From assembly GCF_037042905.1 (NCBI RefSeq), contig NC_087251.1, forward strand, positions 10,604,001 through 10,668,000: a stretch of DNA of 64,000 nucleotides, written 5' to 3'. The DNA comes from Lytechinus pictus. Its lineage: Eukaryota. Position numbers and translations under genes: made by a program. This document shows, in pieces, positions 24,858 through 38,041 of this stretch. The notes beneath the pieces are model-generated. The model was given only the letters and a program-made list of their open reading frames with translations, had not been told where the DNA came from and made no database searches. Numbering within the stretch: position 1 is the stretch's first letter; the number at the start of each line of letters is the position of its first letter.

Positions 24858-25474
24858 CTATATGGTTTTTCATGAGATAATATGGAAACAAAAACTGGCT
24901 CATTTTTGTGATTTGTTGAGAAGTAAGAGAATTTTGCTCCAGTCTTGAAATGGGAAAAGTAAATATATTTTACTATATTTGATGTGTATGATTAAATTGG
25001 GGTTAATGTTGAAAAAAAGTAAAATAAATTCCCAAGTACACAGGGGATAAGATAATGATAATATAGGATTTATATAGCGCATTTTCCATCTTGTTAGGTG
25101 TTCAAGGGATGAGCTTCCTCTACACGATAGTATCATCCAAAATATTTGACTTTATAAAATCACTTCAAATATAATATACAAATATGTCTGTTTTGGGGGG
25201 GAAATTGTTATTCAATTTTTGTTCAGTTGAACATGGGAATTCATGCAAAAGTTATCATCTTTGATTAAGATCATAAAAATTAAATTGAAAGTGATAATGA
25301 TTCATATCATTTTATAAATACCCTTTTGCCATTTATGCAATTACTTTTTATTATACAAGTTACAAAAGGCTTCTATTTTTTCACTTATTAAGCTGAATTA
25401 ATATGCTGGATGTAGATTGCTTAAAAGAGTGGAATTATTCTTTAAAATTATGATTTTATTTGTCTTCACAACAG

Positions 25475-25580
25475 ATCTTGCAATCAATGGAGCCCCATTA
25501 GATAACAGTAGACCTAGTCCCACAAACAGAGTAATATCTAAACCTCCAGCTGCTACACCACCTAAGAAGAAGAGTAGTGG
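25475..25580 (+). CDS. TOGARAM1: TOGARAM1-like coding exon (DLAINGAPL...PPKKKSSG)
   Basis: acaacag acceptor phase 1, gg|gtaagc donor phase 2. Confidence 0.83.
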
Positions 25581-26041
25581 GTAAGCATCAAGGGCTTGTT
25601 CAATTCTAGCTGATGTTTTAGAGGGGAAACGATAACATTTTGTTCTATTATTTCATTTTAGAATACACTTTTCTTAGAGCAGTATTGATGCTGTTTTTTG
25701 TTGTCTACGTTTCACTTATTTTTATGGGTATTCCATTCATAACAAAATAATTTCAATCCCTAATTGATCACATTTTCTTCATCAAATTGTCAACATCGTT
25801 GCTTTTCTTTCAGTATTGCATATCTATCCAAAGTGTATGTATCTGAATTTTCTGAATGCCAGTTTTGATAGAAAAAATGTGGCTTTGACTTTTTTGTCTC
25901 ACATTGCCATTTTCAGGATTGTGACTACTTGGCTACTGATTTTGTTTCTGTTTATTAAAATACCAGACTAAATGATAGAAGATATGTATTCTCAATGTAT
26001 TTAAATGATGTAACAAATCACAATATTTTTCCCCTGAATAG

Positions 26042-26188
26042 TATATCTGTGACCAAGAATTCCAGTGCACCACCTCAAACTGTGACGTCACCACCAAGAG
26101 ATGATGCTCAAAGCAGAGAAATGAAACCAGTTCATAATGTAGATGTAGCTATCAAAGATTCTCTGAGATTCATGGGTCATGATGACTG
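26042..26188 (+). CDS. TOGARAM1: TOGARAM1-like coding exon, start of TOG3 (...MKPVHNVDVAIKDSLRFMGHDDW)
   Basis: gaatag acceptor phase 2, tg|gtaaga donor phase 2, DDW HEAT-A motif. Confidence 0.88.
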
Positions 26189-26834
26189 GTAAGATACCTT
26201 CCATTCTGCCCCACATTATATAAAATTGTGTAACATGCTCAATATAAGAAAAGTATATCATTTAATTTCTGAAGACATTCTCTTATCAATACAGAGGAAA
26301 TGCATTGGTTTTCCTCTTATTTGTAAATAGATCAATTGTAAATAGATAAATAAAGTGTTTGCAATGAGTGGGAAGAGAGTCTTATTTGTTTTTTGCTGTT
26401 ATATTGGGAAACATTTTTTTTTAAACTGTTGGAAAAAAATGATACCTTTATCATATTTTAGAGATTTTTTGCCACTGAAAAGAGGATTATAGACCAAGCT
26501 TAATGATATTCTTAGAATTGCATTTGTATATTTTTTCCATTTGAACGTAATTGATAATGTTTCATGAATATATCCTTTAAAGAGTCAACTTGGTAATGAA
26601 TTGATAAATGAAATGATATCTTCTAATTTACTGATTGGTTTTTAATGTGATATGAAATGAATAATGAGAATTTGATATCATATTTATTATCTCAATATTG
26701 AATATTACTGTTCTCCTTCATTGCTGCAATAGTAATTGTCTCACTAATCATCAAATTGCTTCTAAATTACTTTTTTTAATGGCTTTCTAATACTATTAAT
26801 CTTCTATTTTTTGTTTTTTAATCTATCTCCTTAG

Positions 26835-27027
26835 GGAAATCAAATTAGATGGTTTGTTCATCATTCAGCGGCTTGCTTGTTTCCATAGCAATGAATTAGG
26901 AGGTCAGCTGCATGCAATGGTGGTGGCTGTTCTAAATGAGGTTAAGAATCTGAGATCATCAGTGGCCAGGGTTGCCATATCAACACTTGGGGAAATGTTC
27001 CAATCATGTAAAACCAGCATGGATAAG
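26835..27027 (+). CDS. TOGARAM1: TOGARAM1-like coding exon, TOG3 (EIKLDGL...EVKNLRSSVARVAI...MDK)
   Basis: ccttag acceptor, aag|gtatgt donor, conserved NLRS motif. Confidence 0.92.
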
Positions 27028-28004
27028 GTATGTATGGAAACTGTTTGAAGGCCTAATCCACGATATCATCAAGTTGATGTGAATGAATAGCGAAAAATCA
27101 AGCAAGCACAATACAATTTTCTGCTTCAAAATAAAAAAAGGATGAGTTATATAACAATGAAAAGCTGCAAAAATACATATGATTCTTATATTTTTACTGC
27201 TTACAAGCAAATATTTGTTGAGGAGAGTCACCATCTCAGAAAGTACTTGGCTGGTAAGCAGTGAAAATGCCTATATTTTTTTCTACTTCTCTTCTGTCTA
27301 CTGATATTGGGTGTTATATTGGTTGTTAAATGATTTCTCTTGCGACTCAATTAGAGATATGACACTTCTTATCATCTCACAGTTTCCATTACTACATTAC
27401 ATACAATAATGACTTCATTAATAGGCCAATTAGTAATTTAAAAAAAAATTGTTACGAATAGACACTTTGTTTTGGTAATCAAGATATGACAAAATGTGCA
27501 GCTTTTATTCGGCTTAAAGTGAATTAAAATTTTCATGAGCTGGTAGTATTTCTATTAATTGAAAATGGTTTGATTAGGGCCCTTAACATGAAGTAATGCA
27601 ATCATGCTTACATTCAATTGCATATTTAGTACATTATTTGTGAGTGTCTTAAATATTAAGAGAAATAAGATAAATCCTACAATTGATTGTATCCTTTCTG
27701 TAAAAGGGTCAAGAGTAAATGTACTTGTAACCATATTCCGTCTTTTTTGAGGAAAGACATTTTTTTTGTGCATTATCTTGTGGTATGTCCCACTTCAGGA
27801 ATGAATGAAGGATTATGTACTTACAAAAATTAAGAATACAGTGTATTATTTTTTTCTTTTATAAGTAATCAATCCTTTCACATTACATGGTTCACAAGCA
27901 AAGTAATCTTGTACTCAATCCTCTGTTCAACATTAGATCAATATTCTTTCAATTGGTTCTAATAGATTCATGCATTTATTTCTTTGATGTATTTTTCTTG
28001 TCAG

Positions 28005-28153
28005 GATTTGGATCAGATCTGTAGAATCTTGCTACCCAAGGCTGGTGAGAGTAATGGTTTCATTCGAGAAGATGTTGATAAAACATTAGAAGCCATGGTA
28101 AAGAATGCAAACCCACAGAGAGTGTTAGGATCATTGATAACAGCAGGGGCTAG
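28005..28153 (+). CDS. TOGARAM1: TOGARAM1-like coding exon, TOG3 (DLDQICRILLPKAGESNGFIRED...)
   Basis: tgtcag acceptor phase 0, ag|gtacac donor phase 2. Confidence 0.92.
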
Positions 28154-28537
28154 GTACACACCAATCATTGCAATTATAATGTATTTGGATTATTTTTTCT
28201 TGTATTTTTCTCCACCAGTAGTTAAAGATAATGCAAAAATAATGACAATGATAATATATAAGTTATTTGTAAGGCACTAGCTCTCAAGTGAAGCCAGTCT
28301 TCAGTATATTGTTTGATTTCAGGCCATGACTATTTTGCATTTCAGGCTTCTTCAAGTTCTATTTTGTAAAGCACATATAGCGCTTCAACATGTTTTGATT
28401 TCTTTTCAGGCCCAATAAGTAAAATATTTTGATAATGAATTTAAAAGGATATTTATTTGGAAATGATTCAAACACTTGTATGTATTTAAAACACACACGC
28501 ACATTTCAGTGCTTGTTTGTTTTAGTTATTTTAATAC

Positions 28538-28725
28538 GGAATAAAAAAAACTTGCTCTTAGCCGTTAGACTGTTTTTCAGCAAGTCCATATACAAATCGT
28601 ACGGGATAAAAAAAATTACTCTTAGCCGTAAGAGTGTTTTTCTGCAAGTCCGTACATACAATCGTACGGGGAAAAAAAAGTTGCTCTTAGCCGTTAGACT
28701 TTTTTCAGCAAGTCCGTATATACAA
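28538..28725. repeat. Tandem repeat, ~60-bp unit x3
   Basis: three copies of ..ctcttagccgt(t)agac..ttttcagcaagtcc(a/g)tatacaaatc(g/a)t.. Confidence 0.85.
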
Positions 28726-28948
28726 ATCATTACAACAAAACAGAAAGATAACACAAAGTAAGTTCAACATAAACATAATAAACATAACTCAAACAAAACT
28801 GAGAAATAGATAGATAGATAAATAGACAGATAGAACGGAAGAAATAAATGACAGCAGTAGAATTCAAAGATTTTTTCAAAGGTTTAAAATCAAAATACAT
28901 ATTTAAGGAAGTCAAAATTATTAATCTGTTAATTTTTTTTCATTTTAG

Positions 28949-29107
28949 TCATAAGAGCTCAACGGTCCGCAAGACAACGAGTGTGTTTCTAGATGCTGTG
29001 GTAGAGCGTATGGGACCAGGCAGGATTCTTAGTGGAGTGAAAGACGTCACTGATAAGATATTACCTGTTACTGCTCAGTTAGTCCTTGACAATGGACAAG
29101 AAACAAG
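28949..29107 (+). CDS. TOGARAM1: TOGARAM1-like coding exon, TOG3 (SHKSSTVRKTT...DNGQETR)
   Basis: cattttag acceptor phase 2, ag|gtcaga donor phase 2. Confidence 0.92.
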
Positions 29108-29390
29108 GTCAGAGAACTTTGAAATGCTACTATTGATATAGCTTAATGCTATTTGTAGTAGTGATAATAGTAATGATGGCGATGATGGTGGTCATGGTAG
29201 TGGTGGGGTTGATGATGATGATGGTGACAATAAAAATAGTAATGCTGATCATGACAGCTATAATGTATACGTCAAATTTATAACCATCTTATGGAAGTAC
29301 TTCTGTACGATTTACAATATCAATATTAGTACTGTTTTGTATCCTTTCCATATCAGCATGCATCTTCTTTTACATCTTGCAAGAGACTAA

Positions 29391-29610
29391 GGGGGTGTTG
29401 CAAGAAAATATTTGCAATCCAATTGCAAATATTCTGTTCCAATTTTATAACTGATAGATCAACGTTAGCTGTAGCAAATCAGATTAAACTTTTTGTTTCA
29501 AGGAGCAGATTGGCAATCAATCACTAATTTGCAATTAACTTCAAGACATATGATTGATTTAGGGACCAAAAATAGACTTGCGATTGATCGCAAGTTTCTT
29601 GCAACACCCC
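29391..29610. mobile_element. Small MITE (GGGGTGTTGCAAGAAA TIR)
   Basis: ggggtgttgcaagaaa ... tttcttgcaacacccc. Confidence 0.75.
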
Positions 29611-29641
29611 ATAAGATTTGTTTCATTGTATTTGACTACAG

Positions 29642-29768
29642 GTACTATGGTAGGAAAATCTTATTCAATCTGATGCATCATGAGGACTTTGATCGATTGA
29701 TTGAGAAACATGTTCCAGCTAAGAACATAAAGAGCATCAGAGACATCTTGGAGAACCTTAAGAACAAG
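29642..29768 (+). CDS. TOGARAM1: TOGARAM1-like coding exon, end of TOG3 (RYYGRKILF...NLKNK)
   Basis: ctacag acceptor phase 2, aag|gtaagt donor phase 0. Confidence 0.92.
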
Positions 29769-29792
29769 GTAAGTGTGGACAATAATATACCA

Positions 29793-29925
29793 AGGCCCTG
29801 TTACACAAAGCTTAGTGTTCAATTGTAGGTCTGATTTTTTTCAATTGATTGTATTGATCATAATGTGCAGTCAGACGTACAAATCGACTGTATGATCAAT
29901 CGCTTTGCTTTGTGTTATTGACCCC
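29793..29925. mobile_element. Small foldback MITE; second copy at ~44668-44802
   Basis: ggccctgttacacaaagc ... gctttgtgttattgacccc. Confidence 0.55.
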
Positions 29926-30117
29926 AAGGGGTTTGTGTTATAAGATACACATGATTTTATGCATGACTGGTGACTTGTTGTTCTGGTAAAGGAGATACTC
30001 TAATTGTTTCTGTTTCAACATGGCAGGAGTAAATTTCCTATAACCCTAATCAAATCTTTACAAGTTTTAAACTTTGCATTTATATGTTAAAAGCATAAAT
30101 TTTGATCTTGAAAGATC

Positions 30118-30275
30118 TGGGCTCCATTTCATGAAAAATTGATATGATAGCAAGTTTTGCTGGAATGTCAACTACCATGGCAACAGTGAAAAGTCTGCCT
30201 TTTGATTGGCTCTTCCAATGAAAGGTGATATTCTAACAACAGTTGCTATCATAGCAACTTTTTATGAAATTTGGG
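30118..30275. mobile_element. Small foldback MITE
   Basis: atttcatgaaaaattgatatgatagcaa ... ttgctatcatagcaactttttatgaaat. Confidence 0.6.
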
Positions 30276-30308
30276 TAAATATTAATTTATTCTGTTATTG
30301 TTCCACAG

Positions 30309-30421
30309 GGTCTTGGTGAAGTCCCATCAGATACGTCATCTGCGAAAGCTCGTCGTAGTAATCCAAACAGTCGGGCAAACTCTGGGTCTCAGTCATATTC
30401 TAGGGATAGGAATGACTATAG
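30309..30421 (+). CDS. TOGARAM1: TOGARAM1-like coding exon (GLGEVPSDTSSAKARRS...)
   Basis: ttccacag acceptor phase 0, ag|gtaagt donor phase 2, GLGE..SAK.RRS motif. Confidence 0.9.
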
Positions 30422-31228
30422 GTAAGTTTGCAGTCACTATAACAACTCACCTAAGGCCTTGTCATACTGGAAAATGATTTCAGGAAAATTTTATGTTCCA
30501 CACATATAGGTCTCACCTACCAGTCAAATTTTGACTATCGTCTCTTTGAGACTCTGATCACTTATTAGTAGCTCTTTTATTTAGAACTATAAACATTTTT
30601 GGTGTAAATGAACTTTTTTCAGTTATCCTCAATGTGATTTCATTTGTTTGACCTGTTTGTGCATCAGTGTGCAAAGTTAACTAGTCTGTGTAGTTTACAA
30701 TGATTTGCAGTAGTGACAAGAAGTAAAGTTAGCAGGCATATTATATGGTAGTTTTAATTGGAATGATTAGAGATGAATTGTCTAAAATGGTGTGAATTTA
30801 CTGTCTTTATTGGTTTAGCTAGGACATTGCTGGGGGGGGGAGGGTATCAGTGGGTCTTATCCCCCTTCCCCACTCTCCATCTACTCGAAATTAAATTGAT
30901 GGCAAAATCAGTATGCCAATATTCAATTTGAATCAGTATGTTTCTGAAAATGAGAGTAGATTTTACTGAGACTAAGCAGGCAGAAATGCTCATTCTTTCC
31001 AGTCCCAATCCTTTTTTCCAAGGTACTTTATGACACAAGAGAAGCATACATATTAGTATGAGAAATGTTTGTCATAGCAAGTCATTTTCAAATGGAAATG
31101 ACCTGCTGCCTTTTATCAGTAAGATCTAAGGAGAGTTCTTCCTGAAAGTTTATCTTGCAAATATTTTTTTTTATGTGAACACTCCATCCCTATCATTTTC
31201 CGAACCTATGTGTCATTGTTACATGCAG

Positions 31229-31430
31229 TGAAATGGATGGCACCCCTCCAAGCTCAGTCAAGAAAGGCAAGCGGTCTAGCGGAGGAGTACGAGGTGAAGA
31301 GAATGATACTATCAAGAGTCTTTGTGAAGGTTTAGGAGCATCTGATTGGATGTCTAGGTTACAAGCCATTGAGAAACTACAAGCTATGTGTGAAACCAAT
31401 CAAGATATGGTGGATGCTAGCTTAGTCAGA
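31229..31430 (+). CDS. TOGARAM1: TOGARAM1-like coding exon, start of TOG4 (...LGASDWMSRLQAIEKL...LVR)
   Basis: atgcag acceptor phase 2, aga|gtaagt donor phase 0. Confidence 0.9.
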
Positions 31431-32079
31431 GTAAGTTTAACAAGGAGACATTTTCCAGAATTTCTTTTTAAAAATGGATTTTGATAATTAGTGCTGCATG
31501 AACGCTGCAACAGAATAGATTTCGAGTCACCTGCATACCTTATGATCAAGAGTAGAATTCTAAGAACAATATAATAATATGATAAATATATTTAGAAAAT
31601 GATTAATGCATTTTGACAAGTTTTTTGTGGCCTAGTCATGGTTAGCCTCAAGGTTGATGTAAATAAAAGTCACGAATGTAGATTATCCAACTATCCAGGT
31701 GACTGTTGATGAATTATGCAAAATGTATTATACCTAGTGTGCTATTTATTATTATTTAAAAAAAACTACACAATATACCCATGATGATATTATATGACTA
31801 ACAATAAGTGAACATTGAACACCACTAAGAGTCCAATTAGGCTGAAACCTTTTTTTTTAATTACTTTGCAATATTACTCTATTAGAACTCTAGGTAAATG
31901 ATTTTCTATCATAAGTATGGTTCTTTTACAGAAGGAATGTTGTCTTGGCTCTTGTAATCACTTCAAGCTCTTTTTTTTTAAAACCAAATCAGCAATTGCT
32001 AAATAACAAGATTGAAAAATATTTTGAAAGGTTAAGTGTTGACTGATTGTTCTCTTTCTGCTCCTCTTTTTTCCCCCAG

Positions 32080-32296
32080 ATATTTGATAAGTTCATCTCT
32101 CGTTTATCAGACTCAAACAGTAAAGTGAACATAGCTGCTCTAACAACAATGAAAGACATTGTACCTCGCCTTGGTGAATCCTTGCAGGCTGTCGTCAATA
32201 ATCTCATTCCTATCTTAGTCCAGAACCTCGCTGCTAAGAACCCCAGTATTAGTCAAACCAGTAATGATATCCTTGATCTCATTCTGGAACATGTTG
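32080..32296 (+). CDS. TOGARAM1: TOGARAM1-like coding exon, TOG4 (IFDKFISRLSDSNSKVN...)
   Basis: ttcccccag acceptor phase 0, g|gtaagt donor phase 1. Confidence 0.92.
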
Positions 32297-33072
32297 GTAA
32301 GTATTCCTTCAATTTATATCATACACCAACTTCCAATAATCACATTTAATGTTTTTAGCCTTCATGATTCACATGTAGATTAAAACAAATGCATTGCATA
32401 TCCTCCCTTCTTTCCCATGCTCCTCTTTATTAGCCTTTCTGTCTTGCCCTTCTCCTTTTCACTTGTCTTCTATCTCTTCACCTCTCCTCCTTCCTTTCTC
32501 TCTTTTACCATGGTATTGGGCAATTTATAAAGAAATCAACCCCTTAGCCTGACTGCCATATTTCATTTTTAAATTCATATAATGGACTGCTCAAGCCATG
32601 ATAATTTTTGTATGGACTAGAAAACAGATACAAATCATTTCATGAAGATTAAACATTATCATATAGGGGTGGGATATGTATACCCTATGGAATTGCCCAT
32701 TTACCCAAGACAACCCATGTTATATAAATACTGTTTGGAAATATTAGACCATTCTATGCACTGCATGAAACGACTATGTTTTACCTGCAATATTTTTTAG
32801 TTAAATTGTTGAAAGGAAATGTTGGGAAAGAAATATGTGTATTAAAAAAAAGAAAAAATTATGATAAAAATTACAACCAATTAGATCAGTGTTTATTTGA
32901 GAAATAAAAAGTTGTAAGGAGCAGTTTTACAAATACAAGACGTTTACATTTTCCTGTTAGGGCAGAAGCCATATTGTCCTTTTCTACTGGTACATATAAA
33001 TGCATGTAACACTCATCACTGTGTATATAAATGCTAGTGTAATTGATATTGATTATATTGTGTTTCATACAG

Positions 33073-33159
33073 ATATGCTGGTATTAGTTCAACCATACTC
33101 CAATGCTACTCAGTATGGCAACGTGAGAGCGAGACCAGCAATGGTTGAAAAGCTGTCCT
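33073..33159 (+). CDS. TOGARAM1: TOGARAM1-like coding exon, TOG4 (DMLVLVQPYSNATQYGNVRARPAMVEKLS)
   Basis: catacag acceptor phase 1, t|gtaagt donor phase 1. Confidence 0.9.
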
Positions 33160-34297
33160 GTAAGTAGACACACCAACCTTGTCATCTCAATAAACCATTG
33201 TTCCTAATTTACTTCTTCATTTACAATGGAATGAAAAAACTTTACCCTTCATGCATCATATCAAGTACACATTTTTGTTTACCTTGATGGAAATCATAGT
33301 CACGATCGAACTCCAGTTTGAAGTAATTTGAGTTTGTGTTGTGTATGTTAGACCACTGCTCTCATGTCATTTATACTTGGTACACGGTTTCAATTCATGG
33401 GCCATGTTATGAAGTAGTTTTTTACTGAACAGCCTTAATCTGGTTTTGCTAAGGAAAGTCATGTACATCAAGCAGTTGATATTCAATTTATCTGCATATT
33501 TGGAACTAAAAACTATAGAAAATTTGCAGAAGTAACTACAAAAGATTTATTCAACCATTATAGCATTAAGAAATGAACAATAAACAGGAGGATCATATGG
33601 GGAAATACAGTTTAGATGTCTTTTGTCTTCCTAGAATATTATTATAGACCAAGACCCATGACATCAGTTATTTAAATAGAGTTCAGTATACATGTTATTT
33701 TTGCTGTTTTCTTATCCTGTAATATGTTTTGATGAAGAAAAAAAAACCCAAACAAACACGGAACAAGCTGTAGGGAGACCAATGTCTATATGCCTAATAC
33801 CAACTTATAGAGGATTTAAACACAGTATCATGAGAGCTGTACTTGTGTATGTAATCAAATCACCACATATGTACTTGAAACCCCTCTACATGCTTTGCAG
33901 GTATAATGTCCCCTCAGTTGATGATCTTGGTACGAGAAATCCTGGTTTTAAATCTCTTGTTTAGAAAGCACCTGTGTAAATTTGGGCTGTAGGGTTGCTG
34001 CCAAATATTTGTTTTTTAGATATTTCATGACAATGATACTTTTACTATATTTCTTCTTTTAGAGATGATATGCTTTTAAATTTAGTAGTTGTAGTTTCTA
34101 ATTTTTGTGTAGTACAATTCAAGCAGAATGGATGTTCATAACTTCACAAACCAAAATGATATACCTACTTTAAATTACATTGAACTGAACAGTCTCTATG
34201 AAAGGAACCTTATATTATAAATGGATGCATTTTTAAAAAGGTATGTGCTGTATGAAATATAAGGTATTAACAATATGTATTTTTAAACATCTTTCAG

Positions 34298-34554
34298 ACC
34301 TCGTGACCAAGGTGTACCCCCGGAAGCAACAGACGGTCGTCAGGAACGTCCTACCTGTTCTGTGGTATCTCCTAGGCAATATGACAGGAAGTGGAGCGGT
34401 ACCAGGCAGTTCAGGCAACCTCCGAAGTGCCACAGGAGTCCTAGCTAACAGCCTCTATGAACAGATGGGTGAAGTCTTACTTCAACATGCTCACAACCTA
34501 CCCCCAAGGAATGTCAAGACACTCAAAGAACTTATCGAGGAAGTATCTACGTGA
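34298..34554 (+). CDS. TOGARAM1: TOGARAM1-like terminal coding exon (YLVTKVYPRKQQTV...EEVST*)
   Basis: ctttcag acceptor phase 1, YPRK and VLPVLW motifs, stop TGA. Confidence 0.92.
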
Positions 34555-36064
34555 CATAGGTAGCCATCTCTAACTATTCTATAATTGTTAAATTTGAATA
34601 TTTAATTAAAAAGTAAGGAACAAACTGTTGAGGGAGAATCTTGCTGAATTTAATTGAGCATAGACATTCACTCTATACCTTGATTTTTGTGATGCAGGTA
34701 TTACAAGTTGTTTTATAGTTTCAGGCTTAGTTGGTCAAAGAATATCTCTATATATTTCAACCAGGTTTGATGATTTGTTAATGACTGATATGTATTCATT
34801 GTACCCAAGTTTATTTGTTAATTTTACTTTTATTTGTTAGTCTTGGTCATGTTTTTGGATAAGGTTTCAATAACTGATATTTCCATCCCAGCTGCTCTTT
34901 ATCCATGTGTAAAATGAACCGTCCAAGTTATTACAGAAATATGTGAGACTTAAATCATTCAAGTAAATGTACTATGCCATCATGGTGGATGCCAAATTCC
35001 TCTTCCCCCTTTAACTCCCCCCCCCCTTCCCTGGAATATTGGTATTCCTCTTAGATGCTAAGAGAGTTAGTGAGAGAAATAGGGGGAGATAGGGAGAGAA
35101 CGGTAAAGAGAGTGGGGATATATATGTAGCCAAGTTTCCTTAGTTACTGAAAGGTGTGCTAGATAAGGTTATATAGAGAGGAATTACAACAATGTAATCT
35201 AATTATATAGATATAATAACGAAATGCAATTAGTAATTCTAAAATAATAAACATTTGTTTTGGAAAGTGCAAGATATACTAAAAATTTGATTGCCCATTT
35301 CCGTCCATTATGTGAATTAGTTCTTGTGCACAACACTCCTCTTCTTACAGGCCAGTAATTCTTAAAGTTATGAGGGGAAAACATGAATCAGTACCTAACT
35401 TTGTTATATTCTAAAGATAGACCTAGTGTGTATATATTATATATTTACATTGTGTTTTAACTTCATGTTCATGTTTACATTGTACCTTAAGTGATCGTTG
35501 CCAAATGTCATTGACAAGTTAAGATTTGTTCAAATTTATAATTATAATTTTTTTAGAAAGTACGAAGGACATAAAGCTAGATATATGATATTCATTGTTT
35601 ATGTCGATGATATGGGGCTTATAGATCATTGTCATGGTGTCTCATTATAGGCTTTTATACATATAGTAACATAACATCTGCAAAGGATCAACATGATCAT
35701 CAGTTGTGGAGGGAAATATCTGTTAAACAGACACAGGAAGGGAATACAAGTAGATCCATAGTGTGAACAAAACTTGCCTTTTTTATTATGTGAAACCAAA
35801 GTTGAAAATCAGTTGAAGGAAGATCAGGGAAATTCTGTCATTCATTTGAAAGCCTCTGCTTTTATTACGGTTCATCCATTGTATTTGTTGCTCCTATGAA
35901 ACTCATCAGAAACTGTAGGATAGATGGTAGCCATGTTCACCCTTTGAATTGCCACGCTCATTCATATTCAAATTTAGATTGTTAGTAGGTAATTGGAGGT
36001 GATATGCTTTACGCTTCTATACCGTTTCTAGCACTGGTGTTAGAAACATCAGCATTTATTTTGA

Positions 36065-36165
36065 GCACTTGACCCAGGTGAGGTTATTGGTACCAGGCAG
36101 GAACAAGTTCCTTGAATGTTAAGAGCACTCAATTGGCAGCTTGACTGATGTGAGGTAATAACTGT
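36065..36165 (+). mobile_element. SINE fragment (same family as 19396-19610)
   Basis: acccaggtgagg...ggtacc..gcagga....ttccttgaatg...ttggcagc. Confidence 0.55.
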
Positions 36166-36284
36166 TAAAAGACAGAATGTGTAGTCAGACCTTGTGCATT
36201 TGCATGCATTGAAAAACACCCTTTATGTATTAAGAAGCCAAAGATTGGGTGCCCTAGTACTTAGGATGCCATGGATGATTCCAG

Positions 36285-36455
36285 GGGGCTGTTTCATAAA
36301 GCTGTTCGTAAGTTAAGAGCGACTTTAAGAACGACTGGTGATTCTTTATTGTGGTAAATGGTATATTCATTGGTGATGGTTACGCTTGTAAGAAAGGTTC
36401 ACCAATCGTTCTTAAAGTCGCTCTTAACTTACGAACAGCTTTATGAAACACCCAC
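36285..36455. mobile_element. Small palindromic PIF/Harbinger-like MITE, copy 2 (CAG TSD)
   Basis: cag|ggggctgtttcataaagctgttcgtaagttaagagcgac ... gtcgctcttaacttacgaacagctttatgaaacacccac|cag. Confidence 0.85.
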
Positions 36456-36569
36456 CAGGTACAGTGTTAGGTATATCAGCTTGTGTTGATGTTAAAATGA
36501 AAAATCAGACTTCTGAACCGAGCTCCAAACCAGAATTTTAGGTGTAGGGAATGATAATAATTGTGTTAA

Positions 36570-37153
36570 AGGAGAATGAAACTCTTGGAGCAAGTTAGCT
36601 TTTGTGAAAGCAGAAAAATCAAAGAATAAGATCAACAAAAGTTTGAGTAAAATAGGACTAGCAATAGAAGAGTTATGAGCATTTGAATGTCGAGATCACT
36701 AATGCTATGGAGATCCTCCCATTGGCAATACGACCAAGATCTATGATGTCACAGATGAACAACTCTCCCCTTTTGGACACTGAAAATATACCCCAAAATA
36801 TCTCGTTTTGCTCATTCTAACCATATGACAAACGATTCATCAATTATATAATGTTGTGAAACCTCTGTACTTGTCCTCTCATAAAGAGAACACCTCACCT
36901 TGTGATAGACTCTATAAAAGTGAGAATATAAGTGAAATAAGTACTAAAGTAATGAGGGAGTTGTACGTGTGTGACATCACAGATCTTGGTCGCATTGCCA
37001 ATGGGAGGATCTACATGGCATTAGTGATCTCAATATTAAAATGCTCATAACTTTCTTATCATTCATTCAATCTTCCTCAAACTTTCAACAATATGTTTCT
37101 TTGATTTTTCTCTTTGATATGGATTCAGCTGGTTTCAAGGGTTTCATTCTCCT
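36570..37153. mobile_element. Kolobok/T2-like MITE (TTAA TSD)
   Basis: ttaa|aggagaatgaaac ... gtttcattctcct|ttaa; ~190-bp inverted arms. Confidence 0.88.
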
Positions 37154-37278
37154 TTAATGAATGTTGACCACTGATAACCCTTACACCATCCTCACTTAAA
37201 GTTTGGTGTTTTGTTTATTTTTGCCACCATGGAGTCAACGATAGCATTCAACACCATAGTTTCTACATTTTAGCTTAA

Positions 37279-38041
37279 CCCTATCTAGGCCGGGGGGGGG
37301 GGGGGGGGGGCCTCCGAGGCCCCCCCTCAACGAGTCGCGCGATATTTTTCGCCGCGCAAATTTTTTTGACCGCGCTGCTCACTGACTTTTTACTTTCAGG
37401 TCTTGCGCAACTTTTGAGACCAATTTTGCGTCACCCGGGTACGTGGTTCCGAAATTACGCAATGTCAGACCAAAAATTGCTCAAAAACGTGATTTCTTGT
37501 ACAAAGTCAATGTAAATTGTGTTTTCAACCAAAAATCATAAATGTATGATTATTTTTAGTTTTGCTGGTCTAAATGTATGTATTTTATGCTGTTTATGAT
37601 CTTAGAAGAGTCCCCAACGAATTTCATTGAAAAAACAATGAAAAACAAAGGGTCCAAAAAACATAGAAATACATCAGAAATTGCAAAAAACAATATAATA
37701 CATAAGAAATTGATCTGATATCACAATTTTTTTCATGTAAACTTGCTAAGAACACCACAAATACTTTCTATGCCAAAAATTAGAACATTTGGAGCTTTAT
37801 TTAGGGAGTTAGAGGAAAAAGTATGATTTTGCATACTAATTACGCATAAATTAGCATAATTGCTTAATGATGATTCGCATGAAATAAATTACCTTACAAT
37901 TTTGTAGATTATATCCCAGACAACCTGCGTGCCAATTTTCGGCGCGATCGCGCGGTCGACGGCCGAGATCTTAAGGGGGGCCTGGGAGGCCCCCCCCCCC
38001 CCGGCCATATGAACTCCCAAAATACCCTGGCCTAAATAGGG
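37279..38041. mobile_element. piggyBac-like MITE (TTAA TSD, CCC...GGG termini)
   Basis: ttaa|ccctatctaggcc ... ggcctaaataggg|ttaa with subterminal poly-G/poly-C inverted blocks. Confidence 0.88.

Larger units (their letters stand above)
2276..34554 (+). other. TOGARAM1: TOG array regulator of axonemal microtubules (Crescerin/FAM179B/CHE-12)-like gene, 5'-partial, 19 coding exons in window
   Basis: 19 exons joined by GT..AG introns with matching phases give one open frame of 3623 nt ending at TGA 34552-34554. C-terminal HEAT/TOG motifs (DDWEIK, EVKNLRSSVARVAI, ESNGFIRE, DNGQETRYYGRK, SDWMSR, RLSDSNSKVN) match the TOG3/TOG4 pattern recalled for TOGARAM1. Confidence 0.9.

Noticed and set aside
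28429..28761. 110-aa ORF with an internal repeat (KKLLLAVRLF)
   Set aside because: Translation of an intronic ~60-bp tandem repeat; not part of the spliced frame
37291..37330. Poly-G/poly-C tracts as G-quadruplex signals (also ~706, ~2980, ~44450, ~50850)
   Set aside because: Mostly parts of repeat families and common across the window; nothing locus-specific
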